From Armatimonadota bacterium (GTDB taxonomy: Bacteria > Armatimonadota > SYMT01), in the NCBI GenBank assembly GCA_041690135.1, contig JAWLHY010000004.1, positions 224,001 through 288,000 of the forward strand: DNA of 64,000 bases, given 5' to 3'. Below the pieces are notes generated by a model. That model was not told where the DNA came from. It worked only from the letters and a program-made list of their open reading frames with translations, and made no database searches. The position numbers and the translations under genes are program-made. Positions within the stretch are counted from its first letter, which is position 1. Every line of letters starts with the position of its first letter. Shown piece after piece: positions 29,244-38,409 of this stretch.

Positions 29244-32200
29244 ATGTCCCCCAGGAAACATCTCACCGGAATCGCGGCCGGCACCGCTGCCGTCGCCGCA
29301 TCGCTGCTGGCCGGCCTGTCCGGCGGTTCGCTGGTAGCCGCCGAGCCCGCTCCCACGCCGGAGCAGGTCAAGTTTTTCGAGACGAAGGTCCGCCCCCTCC
29401 TGGCGGAGCAGTGCTACTCCTGCCACGGGCCGCAGCGGGAGATCGGAGGCCTGCGACTCGACTCGCGCGCGGCCGCGCTGAAGGGTGGCGGCGCCGGCCC
29501 CGCGGTGGTGCCGGGACATCCGGAAAAGAGCCTGCTGATCCAGGCGGTGAACTACCAGGGACGCCGCATGCCCCCCGCCGGAAAGCTGAAGGCGGAGCAG
29601 ATCACGATCCTGACCGAGTGGGTAAAGATGGGCGCGCCGTGGCCGAGCGGCGAGGCCGGCGGCCACGGAAGCGGAGAGCGCCGGAAGACCGCCGTCGATC
29701 GGATCAAGGAAGCGCATACCGATATCCGCACCGGGAAGCGTGCTTCCGAGTACTGGGCTTTCCAGCCGGTCAAACAGCCTCAGGTTCCGCAGATCGTGGA
29801 TGGCGGGTGGTCCCGGAATGCGGTCGACCGCTTCGTCTTCCAGAAGCTGAAAGCCACGGGCCTCTCGCCCGCGCCCGAGGCGGACCGCGCCACCCTGATC
29901 CGGCGGCTCTACTTCGACCTCATCGGCCTGCCGCCCGCGCCGGAGGAGGTCGCCGCGTTCGTCAACGACCCGCAGCCGGACGCCTACGAGAAGCTGGTCG
30001 ACCGTCTCCTCGCCAGCCCGCGGTACGGCGAGAAGTGGGCGCGCCACTGGCTGGACCTGGTCCGCTACGCCGACTCGGACGGTTACCGCATCGACCATTA
30101 TCGCCCGCACGCGTGGCGCTACCGCGACTACGTCATCCGGAGCTTCAACCAGGACAGGCCTTACAACCGCTTCGTCCAGGAACAGCTCGCGGCCGACGAG
30201 CTCTTCCCCAACGATCCGGAAGCGATCACCGGGCTGGGCTATCTCCGGCACGGCATCTACGAGTACAACAACCGCGACGTGCGGGGGCAGTGGACCACCA
30301 TCCTGGACGACATCACCGACACCACGGGCGACGTCTTTCTGGGCCTCGGGGTGCAGTGCGCGCGATGCCACGACCACAAGTTCGATCCGATCCTGCAGAA
30401 GGACTACTACCGGCTTCGCGCCTTCTTCGCGCCCATCCAGCCGGAAGAGGAGCGGATCGTAGCCACGCCGGAGCAGATCGCCCGGCACCGGCAGGAGATG
30501 GCCGTCTGGGAGCAGAAGACCGCCGAGATCCGCCGCCAACTCGACGCGTTGGAAGCCCCCTACCGGAAGGCCGCGGAGAAACGAGCGGTCGAGATCTTCC
30601 CGGAAGATATCCAGGCGATGATCAACAAGCCGGTCGCCCAGCGGGAGCCCCTGGAGCACCAACTCGCCACCCTCGCCTACCGGCAGGTCTACTTCGAGTA
30701 CGACCGGCTCGAAACGCGCATCAAGGGCACGGACAAGGAAAAGTACCTGGCGCTCAAGAAGCAGCTCGCCGCGTTCGACAAGGAGAAGCCCGAACCGCTC
30801 CCGACGGTGATGGCCCTCTCCGACGTCGGCCCCCAGGCGCCGCCGGTCCTGATCCCCAAGAAGGGGAAGGAGCCGATTGAGCCGGGCTTCCTGAGCGTGT
30901 TCGATCCGCAGCCCGCGAAGATCGCGCCGATCCCCGGCCGGCCCCAAACCACCGGACGCCGCGCCGCCCTGGCCCGCTGGCTCACGCAGCCGGAGAACCC
31001 CCTTACCGGTCGGGTCATCGTCAACCGGGTGTGGCAGTACCACTTCGGCCGCGGCCTCGCCGCCAACGCCAGTGACTTCGGCCGCCTCGGTGACGTGCCG
31101 ACCCATCCCGAGCTTCTCGACTGGCTGGCCTCCGCGTTCGTCGCCCCCACCACCCCACAACCCCCGGTCCCTGGCCCCGCCAAAGGCCTAGGTTGGAGTC
31201 TCAAAAGGCTTCACCGCCTCCTCGTCACCAGCGCGACCTACCGGCAGGCCACCCGGCATCCCCAGGCGGAGGCGTACCGGTTGAAGGACCCGGAGAACCG
31301 CCTGTACTGGCGCGGCAACACGCGGCGCCTGGAGGCGGAACAGATCCGGGACGCGGTCTACGCCGTTACGGGTGAGTTGGACCTGAAGGCGGGCGGACCC
31401 GGCGTCAACGGCTCGGACCCGCGGCGGACGATCTATATCCGCTACATGCGCAACGCGCGGGATCCGCTGCTGGATGTTTTCGACCTGCCGCTGTTCTTCT
31501 CCAGCACGTCGTCCCGGGACACCACCACCACCCCGGTCCAGTCGCTCCTGCTGTTCAACAGCCAGACGATGCTGCTGCGGGCGAAGGCCTTCGCCCAGCG
31601 CCTGGAGCGGGAGACCGGTGGCGACGAGACCCAGATGATCGCGCGCGCCTACCAACTCGCCTTCTCGCGGCCTCCCCGCACGGATGAGCTGCAGGCGGCC
31701 CGGCAGTTCCTGAGCGAGCAGGCGGCCCGGATCAACCCGATGGAAGCGGGAAGCGATGCCGCGGCGTTCCTCTATGACAAGCTGCCGTTCCGTGACGGGC
31801 AAGCCGCCATTCTCTCTCCGGAGGGGCCGCAGCGCCGCTTCGAGGTAGCACACAACGAGCAGTTCCCCACGGGGGATTTCACGCTCGAGGCGTTCGTGCT
31901 GCCGCGCTCCGTCTACGAGACCGGCGCCGTGCGCACGATTGCGGCGAAGTGGAGCGGCGACCACCGCGCGCCCGGCTGGGGCTTCGGCATCACCGGTAAA
32001 CAGTCGCGCCGCAAGCCGCAGACGTTGGTGCTGCAATTCATCGGCAAGAAACTGGACGGTACAGTCGGCGAAGAGGCGATCTTCTCCGATCAACACATCC
32101 AGATCAACAAGCCGTACTACGTAGCCGCCGCCGTGGAACTGGCGCGCAACGGCAAGCCCGGCACGATCACGTTCTACGCAAAAGACCTCTCCAACGACGA

Positions 32201-32570
32201 TGAGCCGCTGCTCGTCGCGCGGGTGCCGCACCGGATCGTGGGAGGATTCGGAAACAGCCTGCCGCTCACCCTGGGCGGGCGCGACGGCCGGAACGATGGG
32301 CTCTTCGACGGCCTGGTGGACGATGTCCGCCTCTCCAGCGGCGCCCTGGGTGCCGGAGAGCTGCTCTTCACGCGGGAAGGATCGCACCCCCGAACCATCG
32401 GATACTGGCAGTTCGAGGCGAAGCCGGACGTCTTCCACGACACCTCGGGACACGGCCTGAACATCCAGCCCGCTTCCGCCCGGAACAAGAGCGTCGATCC
32501 CCGCCGCGGGGCCCTGGCGGACTTCTGCCAGGCGTTGCTCAACTCCAATGAATTCCTCTATGTAGACTGA
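29244..32570 (+). CDS. Cytochrome c / DUF1549 / DUF1553 protein with LamG-like insertion
   Basis: FFETKVRPLL..CYSCH, YWAFQP, GEKWARHWLD, CARCHDHKFDP and RVIVNRVWQYHFG; LamG-like FTLEAFV...FDGLVDDVRLS. Confidence 0.93.
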   Translation: MSPRKHLTGIAAGTAAVAASLLAGLSGGSLVAAEPAPTPEQVKFFETKVRPLLAEQCYSCHGPQREIGGLRLDSRAAALKGGGAGPAVVPGHPEKSLLIQAVNYQGRRMPPAGKLKAEQITILTEWVKMGAPWPSGEAGGHGSGERRKTAVDRIKEAHTDIRTGKRASEYWAFQPVKQPQVPQIVDGGWSRNAVDRFVFQKLKATGLSPAPEADRATLIRRLYFDLIGLPPAPEEVAAFVNDPQPDAYEKLVDRLLASPRYGEKWARHWLDLVRYADSDGYRIDHYRPHAWRYRDYVIRSFNQDRPYNRFVQEQLAADELFPNDPEAITGLGYLRHGIYEYNNRDVRGQWTTILDDITDTTGDVFLGLGVQCARCHDHKFDPILQKDYYRLRAFFAPIQPEEERIVATPEQIARHRQEMAVWEQKTAEIRRQLDALEAPYRKAAEKRAVEIFPEDIQAMINKPVAQREPLEHQLATLAYRQVYFEYDRLETRIKGTDKEKYLALKKQLAAFDKEKPEPLPTVMALSDVGPQAPPVLIPKKGKEPIEPGFLSVFDPQPAKIAPIPGRPQTTGRRAALARWLTQPENPLTGRVIVNRVWQYHFGRGLAANASDFGRLGDVPTHPELLDWLASAFVAPTTPQPPVPGPAKGLGWSLKRLHRLLVTSATYRQATRHPQAEAYRLKDPENRLYWRGNTRRLEAEQIRDAVYAVTGELDLKAGGPGVNGSDPRRTIYIRYMRNARDPLLDVFDLPLFFSSTSSRDTTTTPVQSLLLFNSQTMLLRAKAFAQRLERETGGDETQMIARAYQLAFSRPPRTDELQAARQFLSEQAARINPMEAGSDAAAFLYDKLPFRDGQAAILSPEGPQRRFEVAHNEQFPTGDFTLEAFVLPRSVYETGAVRTIAAKWSGDHRAPGWGFGITGKQSRRKPQTLVLQFIGKKLDGTVGEEAIFSDQHIQINKPYYVAAAVELARNGKPGTITFYAKDLSNDDEPLLVARVPHRIVGGFGNSLPLTLGGRDGRNDGLFDGLVDDVRLSSGALGAGELLFTREGSHPRTIGYWQFEAKPDVFHDTSGHGLNIQPASARNKSVDPRRGALADFCQALLNSNEFLYVD

Positions 32571-32573
32571 GGC

Positions 32574-32663
32574 AGCCCCGGAGGGGCGTAAGGACATTAG
32601 CCGGGGGTGCTAGCCCCCGGAGCACGGGACGCGCACAGAAGGAGCCCTGGATGGGCGGTAGAA
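32574..32663 (+). repeat. REP-like ~90-bp element, copy 1
   Basis: AGCCCCGGAGGGGCG..TAGCCGGGGGTGCTAGCCCCCGG..AGCCCTGGATGGGCGGTAGA; same layout at 55881 and 63267. Confidence 0.8.
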
Positions 32664-32761
32664 GGCAACTTCAATGCCCATTGAGCTGCTCTGGGCCGTG
32701 GTGGGCTTCACCCGCGTGCATGCAGATTTACGTTTGATCGAAGGACGGAAGTGAGGGTGGG

Positions 32762-34234
32762 ATGAAACCGGGTACCGGCAAGCAAGTTCCCCATATCGAA
32801 TGGACGCAGACGCGGCGCGACTTCCTGATGCGTGCCGGCGGCGGTTTCGGCGCCCTCGCCCTCGCCTCCCTCCTGGGCGAAGAGGCCCATGCGGCGGGAC
32901 ATCCGACGTCCGATGCCCAACGCCTGGCGCCCAACGCCCAACGCCTGGTCCCCCACTTCCCCGCCACCGCCAAGAGCGTCATCTTCCTCTTCATGGAGGG
33001 TGGCCCGAGCCACATCGACACCTTCGACCCGAAGCCGCTGCTGAACAAGCTGGCCGGTAAGCCGCTGCCGGAGAGCTTCGGGACGGTCATCACCGCCATG
33101 GGGGAGTCTCGCTCGCCTTTGCTGGAGTCCAAACGGACCTGGAAGCAGTACGGGCAAAGCGGGATCTGGGTCTCCGACTGGCTTCCCCATACCGCCGAGT
33201 GCGTGGACGATATCGCGGTGATCCGCTCCTGCTGGGCGGACGGGATCAACCACTCCTCCGGGGTCTGCCAGATGAACACCGGCTCTATCCTGGGAGGGAG
33301 GCCCTCCCTGGGAAGTTGGGTCAGCTACGGGCTCGGGACTGAGAACCGCAACCTGCCGGCCTACGTGGTGATGCAGGACAACACCTCGTCGGTCGTCAAC
33401 GGTCCCCGCAACTGGAGCGCCGGGTTCATGCCCGCGGCCTACCAGGGCATCCGGATCCAGGGCGGCACCGAACCGATCCCCAACCTGAACACGCCGGAAG
33501 GCGTGGCCGAGGCCCAACAGCGCGGCAAGCTCAACTTCCTGAACCGGCTGAACCGCGGCTACGCCGCGGAACACCCGGAGCAGTCCGAGCTCGAGGCGCG
33601 CATCGCCAGTTATGAGCTCGCCTTCCGCATGCAGGCCGAAGCGCCCGAGGCGGTGGACCTCTCCCGTGAGAGCGAGGCCACCCAGCAACTCTACGGCATG
33701 GACGATAAGGAGACCGCGACTTACGGCCGTCTCTGCCTGCTCTCCCGCCGGCTGGTGGAGCGCGGGGTGCGGTTCGTCCAACTCTATCACGGCGCCGGCA
33801 GCAAATGGGACGCGCACAGCGGCATCGAGAAGAACCACGCGGGCCTCTGCCGCGCCATGGACAAGCCGGTGGCGGGCCTGCTCAAGGATCTGAAGCAGCG
33901 CGGCCTGCTGGACGAAACACTGGTGATCTGGGGCGGAGAGTTCGGCCGGACCCCCATGTCCGAAAAGGGCGACGGCCGCGATCATAACCCCACCGGGTTC
34001 ACTATGTGGATGGCGGGCGGCGGCATCAAGGGCGGCCAGGTGATCGGCGAAACCGACGAGTTGGGCCTCCACGCCGTGACCGACCGGATGCACGTCCACG
34101 ATCTGCACGCCACGATCCTTTACCTGCTCGGCATCGACAACATGGGCCTCGTCTACCAATACAAGGGCCGCCCCGAGCGCCCCACCCTGAACGAAGGCGC
34201 CCCCTACCGGGCCATCACCGGCCGCCACGCCTGA
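32762..34234 (+). CDS. DUF1501 family protein (Tat signal)
   Basis: TRRDFL; AKSVIFLFMEGGPSHIDTFDPKP; LLSRRLVERGVRFVQ; WDAH; GEFGRTP; GRDHNP. Confidence 0.95.
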   Translation: MKPGTGKQVPHIEWTQTRRDFLMRAGGGFGALALASLLGEEAHAAGHPTSDAQRLAPNAQRLVPHFPATAKSVIFLFMEGGPSHIDTFDPKPLLNKLAGKPLPESFGTVITAMGESRSPLLESKRTWKQYGQSGIWVSDWLPHTAECVDDIAVIRSCWADGINHSSGVCQMNTGSILGGRPSLGSWVSYGLGTENRNLPAYVVMQDNTSSVVNGPRNWSAGFMPAAYQGIRIQGGTEPIPNLNTPEGVAEAQQRGKLNFLNRLNRGYAAEHPEQSELEARIASYELAFRMQAEAPEAVDLSRESEATQQLYGMDDKETATYGRLCLLSRRLVERGVRFVQLYHGAGSKWDAHSGIEKNHAGLCRAMDKPVAGLLKDLKQRGLLDETLVIWGGEFGRTPMSEKGDGRDHNPTGFTMWMAGGGIKGGQVIGETDELGLHAVTDRMHVHDLHATILYLLGIDNMGLVYQYKGRPERPTLNEGAPYRAITGRHA

Positions 34235-34753
34235 TTCTTCACCACGGAGCCCACAGAGAACACGGAGTTTTTGGCGAGTTGAGGCTGGCGCCTCGAGGTC
34301 GTAGTGTGTCCGGAAGGTAGCAGAGGGGCTTGTCCCCGTTGGTCACGGAACACGCAAATGTTTAGCGTATCGACACCTGGTCACGGAAGTCCCGGTGCTG
34401 GACGCGGCGTTCGTGATGACTGTGAACCGTACAGCTACCCTGTCACATTCGGCCCCGTCCGGCCCACGGCACTTGCGCTCCACGCATAGGTCCGCTTACA
34501 CCCGGGGCGCATGCAGGGACTAACTCGCCAAGCCGCGAAAACATCCCTGTTGGGTGGGCTTTGGTGAACTTGCGTTGCACTCCCTAGCTTCCAGGTTTGG
34601 GTGGAGCCTGAAGCCGCACTTCTTCCGTGCCTCTTCCCATTCCCTTTCCGCGTTATTCCGCGTGTTCCCATACGGGCAAGCTCGCGGGCAACCTCACCCT
34701 TTTCCCGAAAACCTTTCGGTGGGCTTCAGGCCCGTGTAGCAGGAGATCTCGTG

Positions 34754-36121
34754 ATGCTGCGTAGTCGTCTCCTCGTACTGCCCTTGCTGGGGGCGGCTCT
34801 GATTACGGGGGTTTCCCTCTCGGCGCAAGCACAGGCAGCCGCCGCGAAGCCCAATATCGTCCTCATCATGGCGGACGACCTGGGCTACGAGTGCCTGGGC
34901 GTGAACGGCAGTGCCGACTACCACACGCCGCATCTCGACCGCCTCGCCCAATCCGGCGCCCGTTTCACGCACTACTACACGACGCCGCTCTGCACCCCCA
35001 CCCGCGTGCAACTCATGACGGGGCGCTATAACTTCCGCAGCTACCAGCAGTTCGGGATCCTGCCCCAGGGAGAGAAGACCTTCGCCCACATGCTCAAAGC
35101 CGCGGGGTACGCCACCGGGGTCGCCGGGAAGTGGCAGTTGGATGCCAGCGGGGGCCAGACCCCCGAGCAGGCCGGCTTCGACGAATATTGCCTCTGGAAC
35201 ATCAGCCTCGATGGGCAAACCACCGCGCGCATCCGCTATGCCGATCCCAGCCTCCTCTACCTGGACCGCGAGACCCGCAAGCCGACCCTGAAGCAGTTCC
35301 AGGGCGACTACGGCCCGGATGTCTGCGACCGCTATCTCGACCCCTTCCTCGAGCGGTGCGCGCGGGAGAAGAAGCCGTTCCTGGCCTACTATCCGCTCAT
35401 GCTCACCCACGACCCGTTCCAGCCCACCCCGCACAGCCCGGAGTGGAAGGACGGCAACCGCCTGATGAAGCGGCCGAAGTTCTTCAAGGACATGGTCGAG
35501 TACATGGACCACCAGGTCGGCCGCATCGTGGAGCGTCTCGAGAAGCTCGGCATCCGCGACAACACGCTCGTGATCTTCACGTCCGACAACGGCACGCATA
35601 AGAGCCTGTCGTCACGTCTCAAGGACGGCCGCGTGATCCCGGGTGGCAAGGGCGTTCTCACCGATGCGGGCACCCACGAACCCCTGATCGTGAACTGGCC
35701 CGGAAAGATCGCCCCCGGGCAGGTGCGGGACGAGTTGGCGGATTCGTCCGACATGCTGCCGACGTTGGCGGAGGTGGCCGGCGCTCCCCTACCGAAACCG
35801 CCGGGCGATGGAGTAATCGACGGCCGCAGCTTCCTGTCCCTCAAGCCGAGCCGGGCAAAGCAGCCGCGCGAGTGGGTATTGATCGACTACCGCGCGGGAC
35901 AGCGCGGGCCGGGCCGGAACGACGGTCGCTTTGCCCGCGACCGCCGCTGGAAGCTCTACGGCTTCGGCCACCAGGGGGAGCCCAGGTTCCGCAGCGGCCA
36001 ACTCTTCGATCTCCGGAACGATCCCGAAGAGCAGACCCCCGTCACCGCCACGGAAGGCGAGGCCGCCCAGGCCCGCGCCCGCCTCCAGAAAGTGCTGGAC
36101 ACCATGCGCCCCAAAGGATAG
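34754..36121 (+). CDS. Secreted sulfatase (formylglycine-dependent, Cys-type)
   Basis: KPNIVLIMADDLGY, CTPTR signature, AGKWQL and FTSDNG; signal peptide. Confidence 0.95.
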   Translation: MLRSRLLVLPLLGAALITGVSLSAQAQAAAAKPNIVLIMADDLGYECLGVNGSADYHTPHLDRLAQSGARFTHYYTTPLCTPTRVQLMTGRYNFRSYQQFGILPQGEKTFAHMLKAAGYATGVAGKWQLDASGGQTPEQAGFDEYCLWNISLDGQTTARIRYADPSLLYLDRETRKPTLKQFQGDYGPDVCDRYLDPFLERCAREKKPFLAYYPLMLTHDPFQPTPHSPEWKDGNRLMKRPKFFKDMVEYMDHQVGRIVERLEKLGIRDNTLVIFTSDNGTHKSLSSRLKDGRVIPGGKGVLTDAGTHEPLIVNWPGKIAPGQVRDELADSSDMLPTLAEVAGAPLPKPPGDGVIDGRSFLSLKPSRAKQPREWVLIDYRAGQRGPGRNDGRFARDRRWKLYGFGHQGEPRFRSGQLFDLRNDPEEQTPVTATEGEAAQARARLQKVLDTMRPKG

Positions 36122-36310
36122 CGGTAGAAGGGAAGACTGTGGGGTACGGGAGGTAACCTCTGACCCCGTACCTGTCGATGTAGGTTTACGCCCCGCGGGG
36201 GTGGCAGGCTCTCAGATGTCTGCCTCGTCCTGGGCTCGCACCCGTCGTGCCGAGTGAGACTCCGCGCCACCGCCGGAATGCAAGCCCGCACCTCAAATGC
36301 CTACAGTCAT

Positions 36311-36907
36311 TCAACACCGGTGGTCCGGAGAACCCGCGGCCTCGGTTGCCCGCTCCAGGAGGTCTCGGATTTCCAGGATGTCCGCCCAGCGGCGGAGATA
36401 CTCAAATTCCAGCGTGCCACCCTGGACCTTGAGCACTCCCAGTACATCCCGCCACTGGCGATCGGAGATGCCGCCACCGTCACGGTACCACTCGAGCTTG
36501 CGCAATATAGCGTCTTCAGGGCTCGCCACGTTCACACCGGACGCGGGATCTGTCGGGTCGAGGAGCACCCGACGGCTCCGGCTTAATTCCTGCTGAAACC
36601 GGAAATCCTCGCGAGGGAGAAAGATATCCGCCTTGTCCATCGAACCCAGGTGGATCACGTTGAAGGACGTGTGGTGCTCCCGGGCGGATCGGATCATCTC
36701 ATCATCCACGTAGAACTCCTCCCGGAGCGCCTCCACGAACGGCAGAATCTGATCTTCCCGAAAGGATGCGGAAAAGTCGATATCCTGGGTGGTCCGCAGC
36801 TCACCGTGAATAGACGTGGCAACGGAGCCGCCGACCAGGTACGGGATGCCCAGCCGATCGAACGTGAGCCCTAGCACGCGCGCCAGAACGAGCGGATCGG
36901 TGAACAC
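36311..36907 (-). CDS. Nucleotidyltransferase-fold protein (putative toxin-antitoxin component)
   Basis: YLVGGSVATSIHGELRTTQDIDF (GS..DxD); SPEDAILRKLEWY..SDRQWRDV. The GTG start overlaps the upstream TAG. Confidence 0.8.
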   Translation of the reverse strand: MFTDPLVLARVLGLTFDRLGIPYLVGGSVATSIHGELRTTQDIDFSASFREDQILPFVEALREEFYVDDEMIRSAREHHTSFNVIHLGSMDKADIFLPREDFRFQQELSRSRRVLLDPTDPASGVNVASPEDAILRKLEWYRDGGGISDRQWRDVLGVLKVQGGTLEFEYLRRWADILEIRDLLERATEAAGSPDHRC

Positions 36908-37173
36908 TAATAACCTTCCACATCCGGATCCCAGCCAAAGGCACGACGCATCAACTCCGGCTCCAGCCGGCGGGAGGCCAGGCGCATCTTCAGCTCCCAC
37001 TCTCCCGCTTCCGGGTGGCGGCGCCGGATTTCCGCGAGCTGCAGTTCCTGAAGCCGCCGGGTCATCGCCGCCATCCGCGCGAACTTCTCGGCGGGCGTCA
37101 TCTTCCGCCACGCTTCGATCTGCATCCGCTCCACTTCGGGGGACGTATCTCGGGACTGCGTCTCGTACGGCAT
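36907..37173 (-). CDS. Small helical protein, partner of the nucleotidyltransferase
   Basis: MPYETQSRDTSPEVERMQIEAWRKMTPAEKF...; 88 aa; translationally coupled to the next gene. Confidence 0.75.
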   Translation of the reverse strand: MPYETQSRDTSPEVERMQIEAWRKMTPAEKFARMAAMTRRLQELQLAEIRRRHPEAGEWELKMRLASRRLEPELMRRAFGWDPDVEGY

Positions 37174-37288
37174 CCAGGTTTCCTCGCTTCCACTTCCTGA
37201 GATGTGATACACCGAAGCCGACCCCCACGCCACTCATCAGAGTTCCCACCCTACCACGGATTGCTGAATCGCGTTACCTGCAAAGACC

Positions 37289-38398
37289 ATGAAGATCACC
37301 GGGTTCGATATCCATCGCGTGCACGTCAACCACCGCGGCGGTTGGCTGTTCATCGAGGTCTACACCGACACCGGCCTCACCGGCACCGGCGAGGCGAGCC
37401 ACAGCGGGAACGATGCTCTCTGCGCCGTAGCGCTCCGGCAGATGGCCGAGTCTCTCGTGGGCGAGGACCCGCGCCAGATCGAGGCCCACTGGCTGCGGTG
37501 GTCGCGGCAGATCTCCGGTCTCGTGCAGGGGACGGCGCTCAGCGCGCTGGAGCAGGCACTCTGGGATATCCTGGGCCAGTCCCTCGGCGCGCCGGTCTAC
37601 CAGCTTCTCGGGGGCGCGGTCCGCGACCGGATCCCCCTGTATGCCAACATCAACCGGGGCGCGCAAGACCGCTCTCCCGAGTTCTTCGCCGGTCGTGCGC
37701 GGGGCGCCGTGGCCGAGGGTTTCCAGGCCGTCAAGCTGGCGCCATTCGACGAGGTCCACCACACCCGGATGGACGGCCGCACCCTCCGCCGCGCGGCGGA
37801 ACCGGGACTGGCCCGCGTCGCCGCCGTGCGGGAGGCGGTAGGTCCCGAAGTGGAAGTCCTGGTGGACTGCCACAGCCGCTTCGATCCGGCGACGGCGGTC
37901 CAGGTGGCGGCGGAGTTGGAGGCGCTGGGGGTGTTCTGGTTCGAGGAGGCGGTCTCCCGCCACCCGGTGGAGCTCCTGCGGGAGGTTCGGTCCGCGGTCA
38001 ACCTGCCCATTGCGGCGGGCGAGGAGTTCTTCGGCCGCTCCGAGTTTTACGAGCTACTGGCGAGCCACGCCTGCGACTACGTGATGCCCGACGTGAAGCA
38101 CTGCGGCGGCATCGCCGAGCTCCGGCGCATTGCCGCCCTGGCGGAAACGCAAGGGATTACCGTCACGCCGCACAACCCCGCCGGTCCCGTCTCCACGGCG
38201 GCCAGCGTGCACCTCTGCGCCGTGATCCCGAACTTCTTCCGGCTGGAGTACCAGTGGGGAGAAGTCGACTGGCGTGCCGACCTGCTCGAGCCCGCCGAGC
38301 GGATCATCGACGGGTCCATGGCCCTACCGGAGCAGCCCGGCCTCGGCATCCGGCTCAACTCCGAGGTGCTGGCGGCGCACGCCACACCTCTCGAATAG
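37289..38398 (+). CDS. Mandelate racemase/muconate lactonizing family enzyme (galactonate dehydratase-like)
   Basis: TDTGLTGTGE, ALWDILG..LGAPVYQLLGG, VKL, VDCH, WFEE, AAGEE and PHN. Confidence 0.92.
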   Translation: MKITGFDIHRVHVNHRGGWLFIEVYTDTGLTGTGEASHSGNDALCAVALRQMAESLVGEDPRQIEAHWLRWSRQISGLVQGTALSALEQALWDILGQSLGAPVYQLLGGAVRDRIPLYANINRGAQDRSPEFFAGRARGAVAEGFQAVKLAPFDEVHHTRMDGRTLRRAAEPGLARVAAVREAVGPEVEVLVDCHSRFDPATAVQVAAELEALGVFWFEEAVSRHPVELLREVRSAVNLPIAAGEEFFGRSEFYELLASHACDYVMPDVKHCGGIAELRRIAALAETQGITVTPHNPAGPVSTAASVHLCAVIPNFFRLEYQWGEVDWRADLLEPAERIIDGSMALPEQPGLGIRLNSEVLAAHATPLE

Positions 38399-38409
38399 AA
38401 ACTTCTCCG

